A stretch of DNA of 64,000 nt from Tubulanus polymorphus (Eukaryota > Animalia > Nemertea), in contig NC_134027.1 of assembly GCF_964204645.1 (NCBI RefSeq), positions 6,356,485 to 6,420,484 of the forward strand, written 5' to 3'. Under the pieces are notes generated by a model. The model had not been told where the DNA came from, ran no database searches, and was given only the letters and a program-made list of their open reading frames with translations. This document shows, in pieces, positions 13,099 to 25,300 of this stretch (position 1 is its first letter; each line of letters opens with the position of its first letter). The position numbers and the translations under genes are program-made.

Positions 13099-14442
13099 TA
13101 AATTGACAATTTTATGAGATGTAAATATCTTTTAGTTTTCAGGAATCAGATGTTTATGTGATTTCATATTGTTCCACAGATGAACATTCGACTGGTTCAT
13201 GGGTATATATTACCACAGCTCAAAATCAATACCTTTTTGTCATGCGGTTTGTTTGGCGAGGTGGAGGGTCATAAATTACTAGCGGGTTCTTCACATAGAA
13301 TGAAGCATTGATGTTTTGACACTGTCCCTAAGTTGGTTGAGTAGTAGTCAGTTTTAAAAGCAAGAGCAAGAAAGGAGAAAGAACTCTAAGCAGACATGCG
13401 TAAGCTTCATGTCCATTTGGGCGTCAGCGTCTGTCATGGCGAAGAAACTCGTAATCTAGTCGCGTTCTACATACAAAGGAACGTTCATGGACGCGATAAA
13501 TACAGAAAAAAGAGAGACAAGAAAGAGGAAGAATATCGTGTACTGCTTTCATCAGTGTAAGCCCTCCGCAGACCTTCTTACATGTATATATAATGTATAA
13601 CACACATACACATGGTACATTTATATATTTTTTGATCGCGGTCAAATAGGACTGAGTTATAGTAAAATATACCATCAAGTACCACATACAAAACAGTTTT
13701 GTTGGTTTGGCAAAATAATTTAACTTGATACAATAATAACAAGTGAAATTGTTCTATTACAAATTTGTGTAGATTCGGGCGATAATTCAATGAATAAATT
13801 GGATTTAAATGTTTTATTCAAACTGTCGAATGTAAGAAAGTTCTGAGCAACAAAATTCAATCGTAATTAAGCTATTTTTCTAAAACTGACGATTGGGTTG
13901 TCCGCGATTACCCAGTAAAAATAACGAATTATTCACTCCTTTACGGCCGAAATATCGTAATACCAATTCATCAGATCAGATCGTCTTCGAACAAATTGTC
14001 CGATAGCTAATAAATTATCGTTCGTTACGCTCGGAAATACATCAATAGCAAATTGGACTGAAAAAAAATATGTGACAACGGTCACTTCGGAATCGCTGTA
14101 AATCAGAATTACACGCTGAAAATGTCCATCTGTATCTCTCGTAGCCGGATGTCCAGTTATGAAATATATTTCGCGTTACGTGCAGGTCAAACGTGCCGCA
14201 TACAGATGACTTCATTTAGTCATCAAGCGTAACATTCGGTCATTTTTGTCAGTGGAAAAACTATGGCGCATCATTTCCGATCGCGCGGCTGTAATTTACT
14301 CATCACGTATAATTTACGATGCAATACCACAGGGTATCGTTCAACCGTGCCGTATTTTTCATTCATATTTATAGATTGTTAATAATTCATGTATACAAAT
14401 ATTCTTTATTCGATCTCCAAACTTTATTTGTGAATACATATC

Positions 14443-14723
14443 CAGGCCCGTGCCGAAGGAGTCCGGGGGGTAGTGAACGAACCGTCTAAAATTTTCAAAC
14501 TGTCTTCAAAATGTTTTCAAATTCGATCAAAGATTTTTGCGAAAAATTGTGATATTCAATTTTCATGTTCTTTTTGGAAAATGATAAGTTATCTATCCTC
14601 AAATGAATTATTTAGGTACATATTCAAGATGTATATCCTTTTCCAGTAGTCAAGTGCCCCTCTAGACGGTGCCCTTTTTCTTTAAATAAAACCGCCCCCC
14701 AAAAAAAGCTCACCATGGGCCAG
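14443..14723. mobile_element. Degenerate hAT-like MITE
   Basis: Imperfect TIR CAGGCCCGTG / CATGGGCCAG, GC-rich subterminal G-runs and C-runs with GTGCCC motifs, an AT-rich centre and ATATC on both flanks. Confidence 0.45.
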
Positions 14724-14891
14724 ATATCATTGTATAAAAGAGATTTTCTGGTGCGATTTTATAGACGAATTAAAATTTTAAGATTCATATATAAACTGAT
14801 TTGATTTAAATATTAGAGTTAAATCTATTTGGATTATTTTCTATTCATAACTCTAATGAAATTTAATTTATAGTTGTGGAACTGCGTCCTG

Positions 14892-14988
14892 GGTTCAGTT
14901 TCACGAAAAAGTTAGACTTAAATTGTTAGTTAAATCGTTGTTGGTTACCTCATGTATTATGCAAACACTTTTTTCATGAAACCGGTTC
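14892..14988. mobile_element. Short MITE
   Basis: Imperfect TIR of about 20 bp, GGTTCAGTTTCACGAAAAAG vs reverse complement GAACCGGTTTCATGAAAAAAG. It directly follows a TGTGGAACTGCGTC end that resembles the 50104 element. Confidence 0.5.
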
Positions 14989-15940
14989 TCGGACCCAAAA
15001 AACCAGAACCCTTAGGAGGAAATGATGCTAGGTTAGATATAAACGAGAATATCGCAATAGAAACGAGGTGAGGATTCTAAAAAAAGATGGATTCGAAAAT
15101 ACCTGAAATTCTTCGCGAGTTGTATACAAATAATAACAGAAAAGGTTTGTCACCCTGAGGATATGAGTCTGTAGCCACAAACAACGTCAGACTTCGTTGT
15201 TTACTTTCTAACTAAACAGTAGTAAACTACAAGCGTCGGTTGTAAAAAGTGTTTTAAATTTCAGTTTCAAGCATTGTCAAACATTTCAGTTTTTAACGAA
15301 AAGCTCAGCAGTTCAAAAAGTGTATAGCCTACATTCCAGGTAGCTTACACCGAAGCTCAAGGTACGAACTATGAAAAGATATTTTTTCTAAACCTTTCTC
15401 TCACTTATAGTAACGGGAACGACTATGTGACAGTTTTTGTATTTTTTCGATTCAATCTTTATTCCAGTTTTCGTGTCTAATATCTAAGTGAACAGCTCGT
15501 TTTTTTCCGTTTCCTACAACAGCATCGAATTTCAATGATTTTTTCAAAAGCGCAGTAAAGTGTTATTTCATTTAAAAAACAGAGAGCGAAAAACAGAAGC
15601 TTTACTGGTGGAAGCAAGTATTTCTTATGTCGCGTTAGGGGGTTGTAATAAAAGCCCTGCAAGTTTCCAATGAATTTTGTATGACTATGAAATGCATATG
15701 TTTCTCAACAAGGATTCAATGGTGCAGCACATGGTGTAGTCAACTATTGTCTCATTGCAGCTTGAGCATTAATTTTGCTAAAAGCAACATTGTAAGATGA
15801 AATATTTGCAAATCTTTCAACGAACAGTTAGAAAAGTATTCACAAGGTACTAGTATTTGTTATGGCTCAGATAATTAATACCGGGTATCAAAATGAAACA
15901 GCATTGTCATGATTTTTTATCGAAGTTTGAGTTAGCATGC

Positions 15941-16005
15941 ACCGGGCTTGACCACCGAGCCTCTGGTATATAAGACAGTTGACTTAATAAAGCACAGAGC
16001 CACTT
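15941..16005 (-). repeat. Decayed tRNA-derived (SINE head or tRNA pseudogene) fragment
   Basis: The minus strand reads GTGGCTCTGTG (A-box-like)...ACTGTCTTATATACCAGAGG (resembles a tRNA-Thr anticodon arm, ACTGGTCTTGTAAACCAGGGG)...GGTCAAGCCCGG (degenerate B-box). No intact cloverleaf. Confidence 0.35.
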
Positions 16006-19000
16006 GTCAAACGTCCACAGTGGCCTGTTGTCAAACACAAGCTTAACACCACATAAACAAACAAAACTTTAGGCTAACGAACAATGATGTAATGATCAAT
16101 GCCACGTACCTTTACGATATGTCCAAGCTCGATAACGCCAAACAGCTGGTGAATATTGGTGCACCCCTAAATGCCAACAATTCAGCGCATGCATGTAGAG
16201 ATTTGTAACGAAGATCTTCCACGCAACCAACTAGACTGAGTTATCTTAAAAGACAGCTAACGTAGCCGACTGGAAGCCTCATCATATGTATACTTGATGC
16301 TTCAGATTGAATGGCATTCCATTTACATAATGCATTCAGTCGATTAGTAGCTAGTAACAGCTCATAATTTACCCGCTTAGTAAAAGTTAACTGGCATAGT
16401 GACTTGCCCCTTACCAGCCACTACCCAATCATTACATCATGATGAATCATATAAACTCGGCCTGCGTTCCTCCCTCCCTCTTCGCTATCAGTCGTTATAT
16501 TGCATCAATTGATTGCTGCACGTGTTGCAGATCGGTGGCATCGGTCGTGCTAGCCAATGACGTAACATTTAGCATCATCAGCATCGAGCCATCGGTGATG
16601 AATCTATCATGCAGCATCAGTGTAATGTCAGCAGCCGTGCTTTCATGAGCTGAAATATGGAGCGCTTCCCAAATGGTACGCGTGCATGGACGTGAATAGA
16701 AAAGGAAGAAACCGAACCAAGGACCAATACATGAAATAGTAACAAAAATGTGGATGGACAACTGAAAAGTGGATGGACAAACATTCATCAACATCAGTCT
16801 GAAACACAGAAAAAATTGCAGACTTATTAGGTCAGATGATGTTATCCTAATGTCATGGACTGCGACATTTTCTCGAATTTTCATTAATGAAATTATTCCT
16901 AAAAAGTTCAGCATACACACGTATACAGATTATATACATATACCAGGTATATATTACATATATACATTGTATCGTATATAAACTGAAACTATTTAAAAGT
17001 TCATAACTCATCAAATTTGTTTAACAAAACAAAGATGCCAAGGATGTCAAAGACAAATGGTAGATTCACATCTCACCTAGTAAATGTGATCAGCTTTTGA
17101 AAATCTGACACATGTATAAGTTGTTACCAGTTGTATACAACTCAAAACAAATGCAATTTTTGCCCGTTTCTTTATTGTAAACAAAGTCTCCTTTTCAGGG
17201 TAGCTTAACTCTATGAGAGGGATAAAAAAAACTCGCCTCAACAGACGGATAAATCGTTGATTTATTTAGATAGAGCCTGAAATTGCGCCGCAGCTACAAC
17301 TGCAGTCAAATGCTGCGCTTCATTCATGCAGGGTCTAAACCTTTACAAATGATTGCACGGTTTGTTATAAATGTCGAAAACAAAGCGAAATATGCATAAA
17401 CACAGCAGAACGTAGCAACGCAATTGACAGCTGATTCGTAATAAACATCATACCTAAGAATCGACCATACCCCTATTGTAAAAAACCTCTAAATTTAGCA
17501 TCTTTAATTGTAAACAGCAAACTTCTCATAACAAAGGTCCGCGCGGGTAAGTCTTCACTAATTAACTTCTACACAAAATATGAATAGGTATTTATCTTAT
17601 GAAAAAAACATTCGCAATATTCCCCGCGTGGCATTACTGTTCAGGCGTACAGAGTTTCACTTTCTTGTATTTTTTCAAGAACTGAAAAATAAATGTGTGC
17701 GTAAAGTTCATAAGAATTTCGTCAATCGAAACATCAAACGAAATTCATCAATATATGAACGGATATCGCCTGTTTATCCAACAAATCCTGTTCCGACGCA
17801 TCACGTGAAGTCGAATTTGAAATACGATTCCGTGACAGTTGTGAAGACGTAGCTGGTGACAAATCTCATGTGGCTATCATGATATTCAATACCGCATACT
17901 CGAAACTAGTGAAAGTGCTGTAAAACTATACAACTCGGCAGTAGGTACGCACTTGAAGGTTTCTCTACGCAGACACAAAAAAGATAACTTGACACAACGC
18001 ATTAATATATCATGTCACGTATTATATCATAACATTTCATGTATTGCTAAGAAAAGTTATTAGTTCGCTAAAAATCTGATTTCTCAACTTCATCGGTGAA
18101 GTAGACCAGATAAAGACGTCGGCAAATTGGAGGGCCATCTTCAGCGCGAGTTGAATATGATTTATTTGGACAGGATCTTCGGCACCTTGGAAATCTGAAT
18201 TTAAGGTTTCCTTCCTGGCAAATATTCCAGCATTCTTGAATAGCGTGAAAAAAGCGAAAATCGCGACCCAGTGAGTAGCACAAGTGATGCTGAGTGGACA
18301 ATATACGTAGACAAAATGTCATGTCGTGGCACAACTATGTTAAGTATGTGCTTATGAAGTCAAATCACGCAGTCCTAACACGCAGTGGTCAGTTTACAAA
18401 CCACATTCTCGGTCATTACACATTCTAAGTGGACGAGCTGAGAATCCACGACTGACCACTTGAAAATGGAGATTCGCCGATGGCATAACACCCAGCCGGA
18501 CGTCACTAAACAAAGAAACCGTCGCTGAAAACGCCTCAAAAAACTACAAAGACCGCCAACTCTCTCTCCGTCTCTCGGCTTGTCTAATTGATCAAAGGAA
18601 TAAGAAGTCGTCATATATACACGATGATGACCGATGATGACCGGCGTAATTGACCACTTGCACATACTTCTGTAAACACAAATCGTAGGAATCATGACAC
18701 TCGACGCAACGCACTGTCAACACAATGCAGAGGCAATATTGCGAAAAATGATGCTTGAATTGCGACCAGAAAGAGAAACTTTATTCTTTGTTCATCGACT
18801 TTATGACCTCACTGTATACAGAAAGAGTTTGCTGAAGTGCGACTTCACGACTATCATCAGTACATAAAACGCCTGTTGTCTTTACTATTGCCTAACAGAC
18901 AGTTACTGTCATATACAGATGGCAAAATCTTAAATGCGATTCAAAAGATCATACAGTCAGAACTACCGTTTCTGAGTGACTTAGAGATGTATTTATTACC

Positions 19001-21978
19001 TGGTAATGAATCGAAGATATAAACTGCAGAATATATAACATCAGAGAAGACCTAGGGCTTGGTTCACTGAATGACTCAGTTTTGTCAGTCATTAACAAAA
19101 ATTAAATGTTAGGCCATTCTATAAAATGGACCAATAATAACTAATTTACACAATCCATAGCAGTATTTCAAATCCCCCTTATCTTGAGAATTTCCTTATT
19201 TCGTATGACTAGTACGAAAAACAGGAAGATTGGATAATTCTACAATCCCGAGACAATCAACACCTTATTTAAAAGGAAGTCTTATTTTCAGCATAGCGTA
19301 TTCTCAACCAGATTTAAGTCGGAAAACTCATAATTTATCAAATAAACACTTCACAGGTTTATAAGGTACTGTTCATATTGTTAAGGACACTAAATTTCTA
19401 AGTTTCAATATTGGTATTTACGATTCTGCAGTATTGTGCAGAGAAGGCTTAGATCAGCCTAAGCCAAAGGTTTATGTCTAAGTTAACCTCTGGCCCGGTT
19501 TCGATAACCGATCTAATAGTTTTTGGCAAAAGCGCATTTGGCGTCAACTTGATGTTTACAAATCGCACAGGAGTCATGAGATAACACTATTACAAAAATC
19601 CTAAGCATGGACCAATGGGATATAAACAATCTCGTTACCTTCCTAATAAATCATTTTCCATTTAAAGGCAACAGCAGCGATTAAAAAGCAGTTTGTTTCA
19701 TAATTATCTCAATGAGAATGATTTTCAAATTAAAATCAAATGCCTTTCACCGCGTCGTAGATTTTCGCATTAAACTCAGTTCCACTTACCAGTCAAATGT
19801 CTTAATCAAATTTGTCATTGAGAAATTGAAACCCCGCGGTAAAATAACCCACCAGAGAATTGAGTAACGCTTTAATCAGCCTCACTGCGAGAAGAATTTC
19901 AAATGGCGATCAAAACCTGAGAAATGGGATTCACAGTACAGCACTAGAATAAGATCGCGACAGTGCAAATATATCAATAGAATATCGTTGAGGTAAGACT
20001 TTCGTCTTTCTAAAATAGGAAAACACCATCAAAGACTATATAAATATAATCTTTTTAAAGTTTTGTCCCGTGAATGTCTGTCTAACAAACCATGTACATT
20101 GTATATTTGTCAATAAGATCAATGAGATTTAAAAACTAGGCACTATTTAACTAGACGCAAAAAAACTAAGCCGAGCTTTGTAACATATTAAATGTAAAAC
20201 TGTTAATAAACTTGAATTTGAAATAGAATACTTCGCTTTCACGGTTGGTCCCGATTCGCAGTGTATTTATAAAACTTGAACTAACCGAAGTATCATTTCG
20301 TCACCTAAGTTATAAGAACAAGATGAACCTACCTCAACTCAACACTTGGTTTGTAAGATGACTAAAAGCGTGCGCTATACAGCATATTAGGGGTTGAAGA
20401 AATTAAATATTTGTCCTTTGCTACTGATAGTATTTATCGCAGGAGGCTATGCAGGTGAAATTACATTCGGTGTTTTTTATCGGCGCCTGAGATAGCGGCT
20501 TTCTAGCACGAAATGCCGGCAGCGTGGCTTTCAATAAATTTCATCTGTCTCGCACTTTCTTCATACGCTCATGAAAAGTGTCACATGAAAAATGCTTTTC
20601 CATATACTACTGCATGTATTCAAACGGTGTTCAAGCCAAAAAGGCGATGTTGCAATGACTCTTGTCCACAGGAAACACCATCCAATTTATCCATTTTATA
20701 TTTATAAAGGCATTCATTTAACTGTAAGTAACACTTCGACATATTACTTCACTATCTACTGTTTATAAAACTAATATTAGGAATGGTTTCATTGGATTAA
20801 TCGTAAAATATGAGAGTTGTGACTGTAAGATTCTTCAACGACTAAATAGAATTAATATCCAACACCGAGGCACTACTGAGGAATATTAGTTTTTGAACTT
20901 TCGCCGGGAAACGTACACGCCAAAGTGATACACGTCAGAAAAAAACCAACCAGATCTTCAACACGCAAAGTACAATTTACTTAATTTAACTAATTGACGT
21001 GTATTTGCAAGCCCGCGAGCTGTCAAAGTTTGCAGCGTTCGTGACGTTCCGTCACTTTGATGTGCTGAAAACGTAAGAGGCATTAAGGTGGCGATATCCA
21101 CAGCCCGAAGACGTACAACACCACCGGACACAACGCTATCAAACACACACGAGTGCGTACTTAAGTACAAATACAAGATGAGGCATATTTAAGGCTATAT
21201 TTGTATCGAAATGATCTTGTTGCCGGCTGCAAGGCTTCCTCAACCCGTATTATAGATCTGTTTTGATGGACGCTCGACGCGCTTCAATAAAAAACAAGGT
21301 TCAAACACGCCGATGACATGAAATGGCCATTTCTGAAGCCTCTAGAGTCGTTAGAAAACCTTTTAGGCTCATCATTCTTCTTGCCTGATCTAAATGAAAC
21401 GCATTATCAAATAAAGCATGTACGTTTTTATTCATGGTATTTTTTGTTTTGAATATCATATCGTACATGTATAATGAATTTACCGTGGTAGATGTGACAT
21501 ATCTACACTACATCCACCACGCATTCGATGGGTAAAATATTCATGCTTTATGATGAATTTTAGTCGCCCGCCGAATGTCAGCAAATGGACGCGCAATCTA
21601 ATTATCGGCACATTTATATTCGATCACGGCTGAATTCGATGCACTGATATTATTCAAAAAAACGAAAAGAGAAAACTTACAAGATAACTCGACTTTTTTT
21701 ATAGCTGTCTGATGCAGTTTAATTTTATAGATGGGTTTAAATACCATTAACCCGATTTAGTTCTGAAAACTCTCTAAGCGTTAGTTTTTTCATGAAATGT
21801 GACCATTTAAAACTCAGTGTATTCTAGCTGCGTGCGTTTGGGAGAAACACTCTTGTTAGGTAACTAGGTAAACCCAGTCATGCCCGAGTGAACTGTCAAT
21901 TCCGTCAATTGAATATGGCGTCATCCATATCAGAGAAACCTGCTAGCAGAGTAAGAAAGATTCAGAATGTAGCAGAAA

Positions 21979-22314
21979 TGGGGAGCTGCAACACCAGCTA
22001 TCCCACCAGATGGCGTGACCAGCACTCAGCCTTATGTTGTCAAAATTAGTTCATTTTCAATCAACTTTGAACTAAATTTTTAGGCTCCCATATCACAGAA
22101 CACTCCAAATACACACTGAATTTATTTTTCTACCTAGTAATTGGTATATTTTTTTATCTATAACTGATTTATCAAGAGAAAAGTTCGTTCAATTTTCACT
22201 GAGATGTAGAAGAAACTGAACTCGGAAGACCGAGTAACTACTAGCGAACCTGGTGGATCCTCACTTGCCATAAGTGGAATACTCAATTGCCACAGTAGTA
22301 TTGGCAGCTCCCCA
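21979..22314. mobile_element. Putative MITE
   Basis: Perfect 11-bp inverted repeat TGGGGAGCTGC (21979-21989) / GCAGCTCCCCA (22304-22314) with weaker extension inward, around an AT-rich core. Confidence 0.45.
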
Positions 22315-25300
22315 ATGATTTTGACAGTTTTTGGGCTGACCTGAAGTATCAGTTGCCTAAGTCTGCCAAATGAACATGGCTTGTAATAGAGATGGTGAAA
22401 GAGGCTCCACTATAAGCAACATGACTATTGCAGGTCATTAACTTTCTATTTTGCCGTGAAAACGACCAACAACTTATTTGGTCTTCAATCAAATCGCCTG
22501 AAAGTGACTCAAATGAGCTCAAATCCAGTACGTACACATCTGTTCGAATGAATGTCTAGAGACGAGATAAAGTGTCTGTATCGCGATTATTCTGCTTGTA
22601 CAACCGATCGTCACCAGTCCCCTACGAGACGCGTATAACTGTGACAAAAGCATAAATCCGACTTATTATTCCCGTCGGGCCGAACCATGACTGATATAAT
22701 GATGTGCGTAGATCGCGGGACTCCCGGGACGAGTAAAACTTACGTAAACTTTCAAATTAACGGCACTATCACTTCAGATTCCCATACGGCGAAGTATAAT
22801 AATCATACAAACACTCTTTACTCCGAGTTCATCTTTTCTCATAAGTCTTGACAGTTTTCAAATACAAACGCATAACTTTCAATGCATAACAAATTCAAAG
22901 CTTCTTCTCACATCTCTAGACTGAAGTACGATGATTTCTTATGAAAGGAATGCACCAGGTGAGATCGATGACAATCAATGCCTGGCTTCAAAATCTCTGC
23001 CATTGGGTGATTGTCTACATGTCTTTCCACGTGGATATGTAAATTACTGGCAATTCATCTAAACTTCAACTAATCAACAATTCATCTAAACTCTGGAGAA
23101 GAAATGAAAAGAATCATTTCCAAAATTAGCCAGAAATGGCCATCTCTCGATCTGTCTAATTTTGCGCGTTTGCCAGATACGGAATTTCCAGTACAATGGT
23201 ATCAATCCTACGAGGGTATTTCATGGTGACGAAACTGAAAAAAGGCATTACTTCAGCTACGCATAAACGTCTCAGCTATTCCGTCCACTTGGCCAGATTT
23301 CATTAAGTAATCTCCGTCATCGGCGGGGATATTTTTATTCAAATCTAATTAAGTCGACGTAGTTGATGGTTTCGTCCCTGCAAGGCGACGGACATCAGCC
23401 CAGTGTTGTGTTAATGAAATTTTCATTTTATTACTTGATGTCGTTTGATGTAAAAGAAAATACAACCGAGCAATGATGAGCGTCATTTGTAAAGCAAATA
23501 TGACCCAAGTAATGGACATCATTCCCCTTTAAGTCTATACATGGTAAACGTAGCGTAAAAAGTAGCTTTTTTCTTAATAACGAAGCTTACAATGGTAGCA
23601 ACCCCACAGCTAACCAGAGCTTTCCGCAAAAAAAACATGCGATGATTTTTTAACACAAAAAAGGTCATCAACATAGGTTTTATATCTCGACGCCTTATAA
23701 AGGTAGGAGTCAAACGAAGCTTTTGTTTATTTCACTATTCAAATCGGAAATGCTCGGAAGGTCATCGTTTATAAAGTTCCGAACTCAAATGGATCATCGA
23801 AGACAAGTCACCATTTCCAGACTAAGCTGTCGCCGAGGAAAGAACAAATCACTGGGTACTACAACAGTTACGGAAATCTCTACGCGGTCGTCTGTAGTTA
23901 ATTGACCAGTTTAAGATGGTCATTTCTGGTCAGTAATGGTAGATCGTGTTAAACGAATGTGTAGTTCAGTCTAATCGGACTGGTTCCGGTATCGCAGTCA
24001 TTTATGGTCAGTAATTGTGGCATCCATACGTAGACTGGTTCCTCAAGGCGGTAATAGACTTGAATAGCGACAAGTGACACTATTGAAATAGATGCATTTG
24101 AAAACGCATTTTTTCCATGAAATATCTATTTCCTCATATGGCTGCTCGGTTCTATGTCTTTGTGTTAAACGTTTTGTTACATAGCATATTAGACACCATT
24201 TAAATTCAAAAATTGCTGGTTATGATGTAACAGCAAGTTCAAACTGCTCAGAATAGGAGCGGAGTTACATTTCTGATGAACTTATCAGAGTCGACATGCT
24301 ATCTTTCGGAGAAATAAATTAGGATCTTGTGTAGGGTTCATTTTCAAATAATGAAAAAACCAGATCTGATGAATTTTTCAGGTGTATTTTGCGTAAGCGT
24401 AATACGCGAATCATGTAAGATCTTCGGCTTCGATCGGAAATCTAATGATTTGCCGTCAGTAAATGGCACGATCGAAGAGGCAAAGTGCCCGGACTTATCC
24501 GTGACCATGTTCATAACTGCGTTTGAGAGGATTATATCGAATATTCAAACATGTTCCACCATCATTCAGAAATAACACGCCACGCGCATTTTTACGCTGA
24601 GAAATTTTGAAGATGTTCATTAGGGGCGTGTCGGGGGATCGACGACGAACGAACGGTAATGGATGAATTTGACATTTTTCACGACGAAATCCTTTAATCC
24701 TTTGTTTTTCGAAGCAGTGTCCTCAGTAGTAAGAAAGGTTTCTCATGTTTCTCGTTTCCACTTTACAAAAGGTCCGAAGAATCGCGTATGTTGTCATTAT
24801 GCGACGAAGCAAAATTTCCCAAAATCACTCAAAAGAACTGATGGAAAGTATCCCTTGCAGCAATACACACATCGACCAAAGGCCAAGAAAATGTCCATTG
24901 TTCGGTTTACAATCCACGCCATAGTTCATAAAAAGTCTCATTGTTTCAGAAATATAACGAAGAATATCGTATCGATTTCAGAATGCATTCAACTGGTGGC
25001 AAAGGTTTTAAAGTCGATATAACTATATTTTTCATTATCGTGGACACAATTTTCACTAGAGATTTAATAATATCAATCCAAAAGGCTACTTATATGATGA
25101 TCTTGGTTACTTCCAGCATCGGATATTTCATTTTGTTGGTCTTTTTCTCGAACTGACATTTCGTAATATTCTATGACAAGCACCAAGTTGGTGATTCTTG
25201 GTAAATTAAGAAAGAGCAGATATGTATTTGACAAAATGAACTATGACTTAGAAATAATAAATCGCGGAAATATAGAAATGACAAGAACAAAGCCTGATAA

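Noticed and set aside
13836-13860. Minus-strand TTGTTGCTCAGAA resembling miR-315
   Set aside because: The seed region differs and no complementary arm was found.
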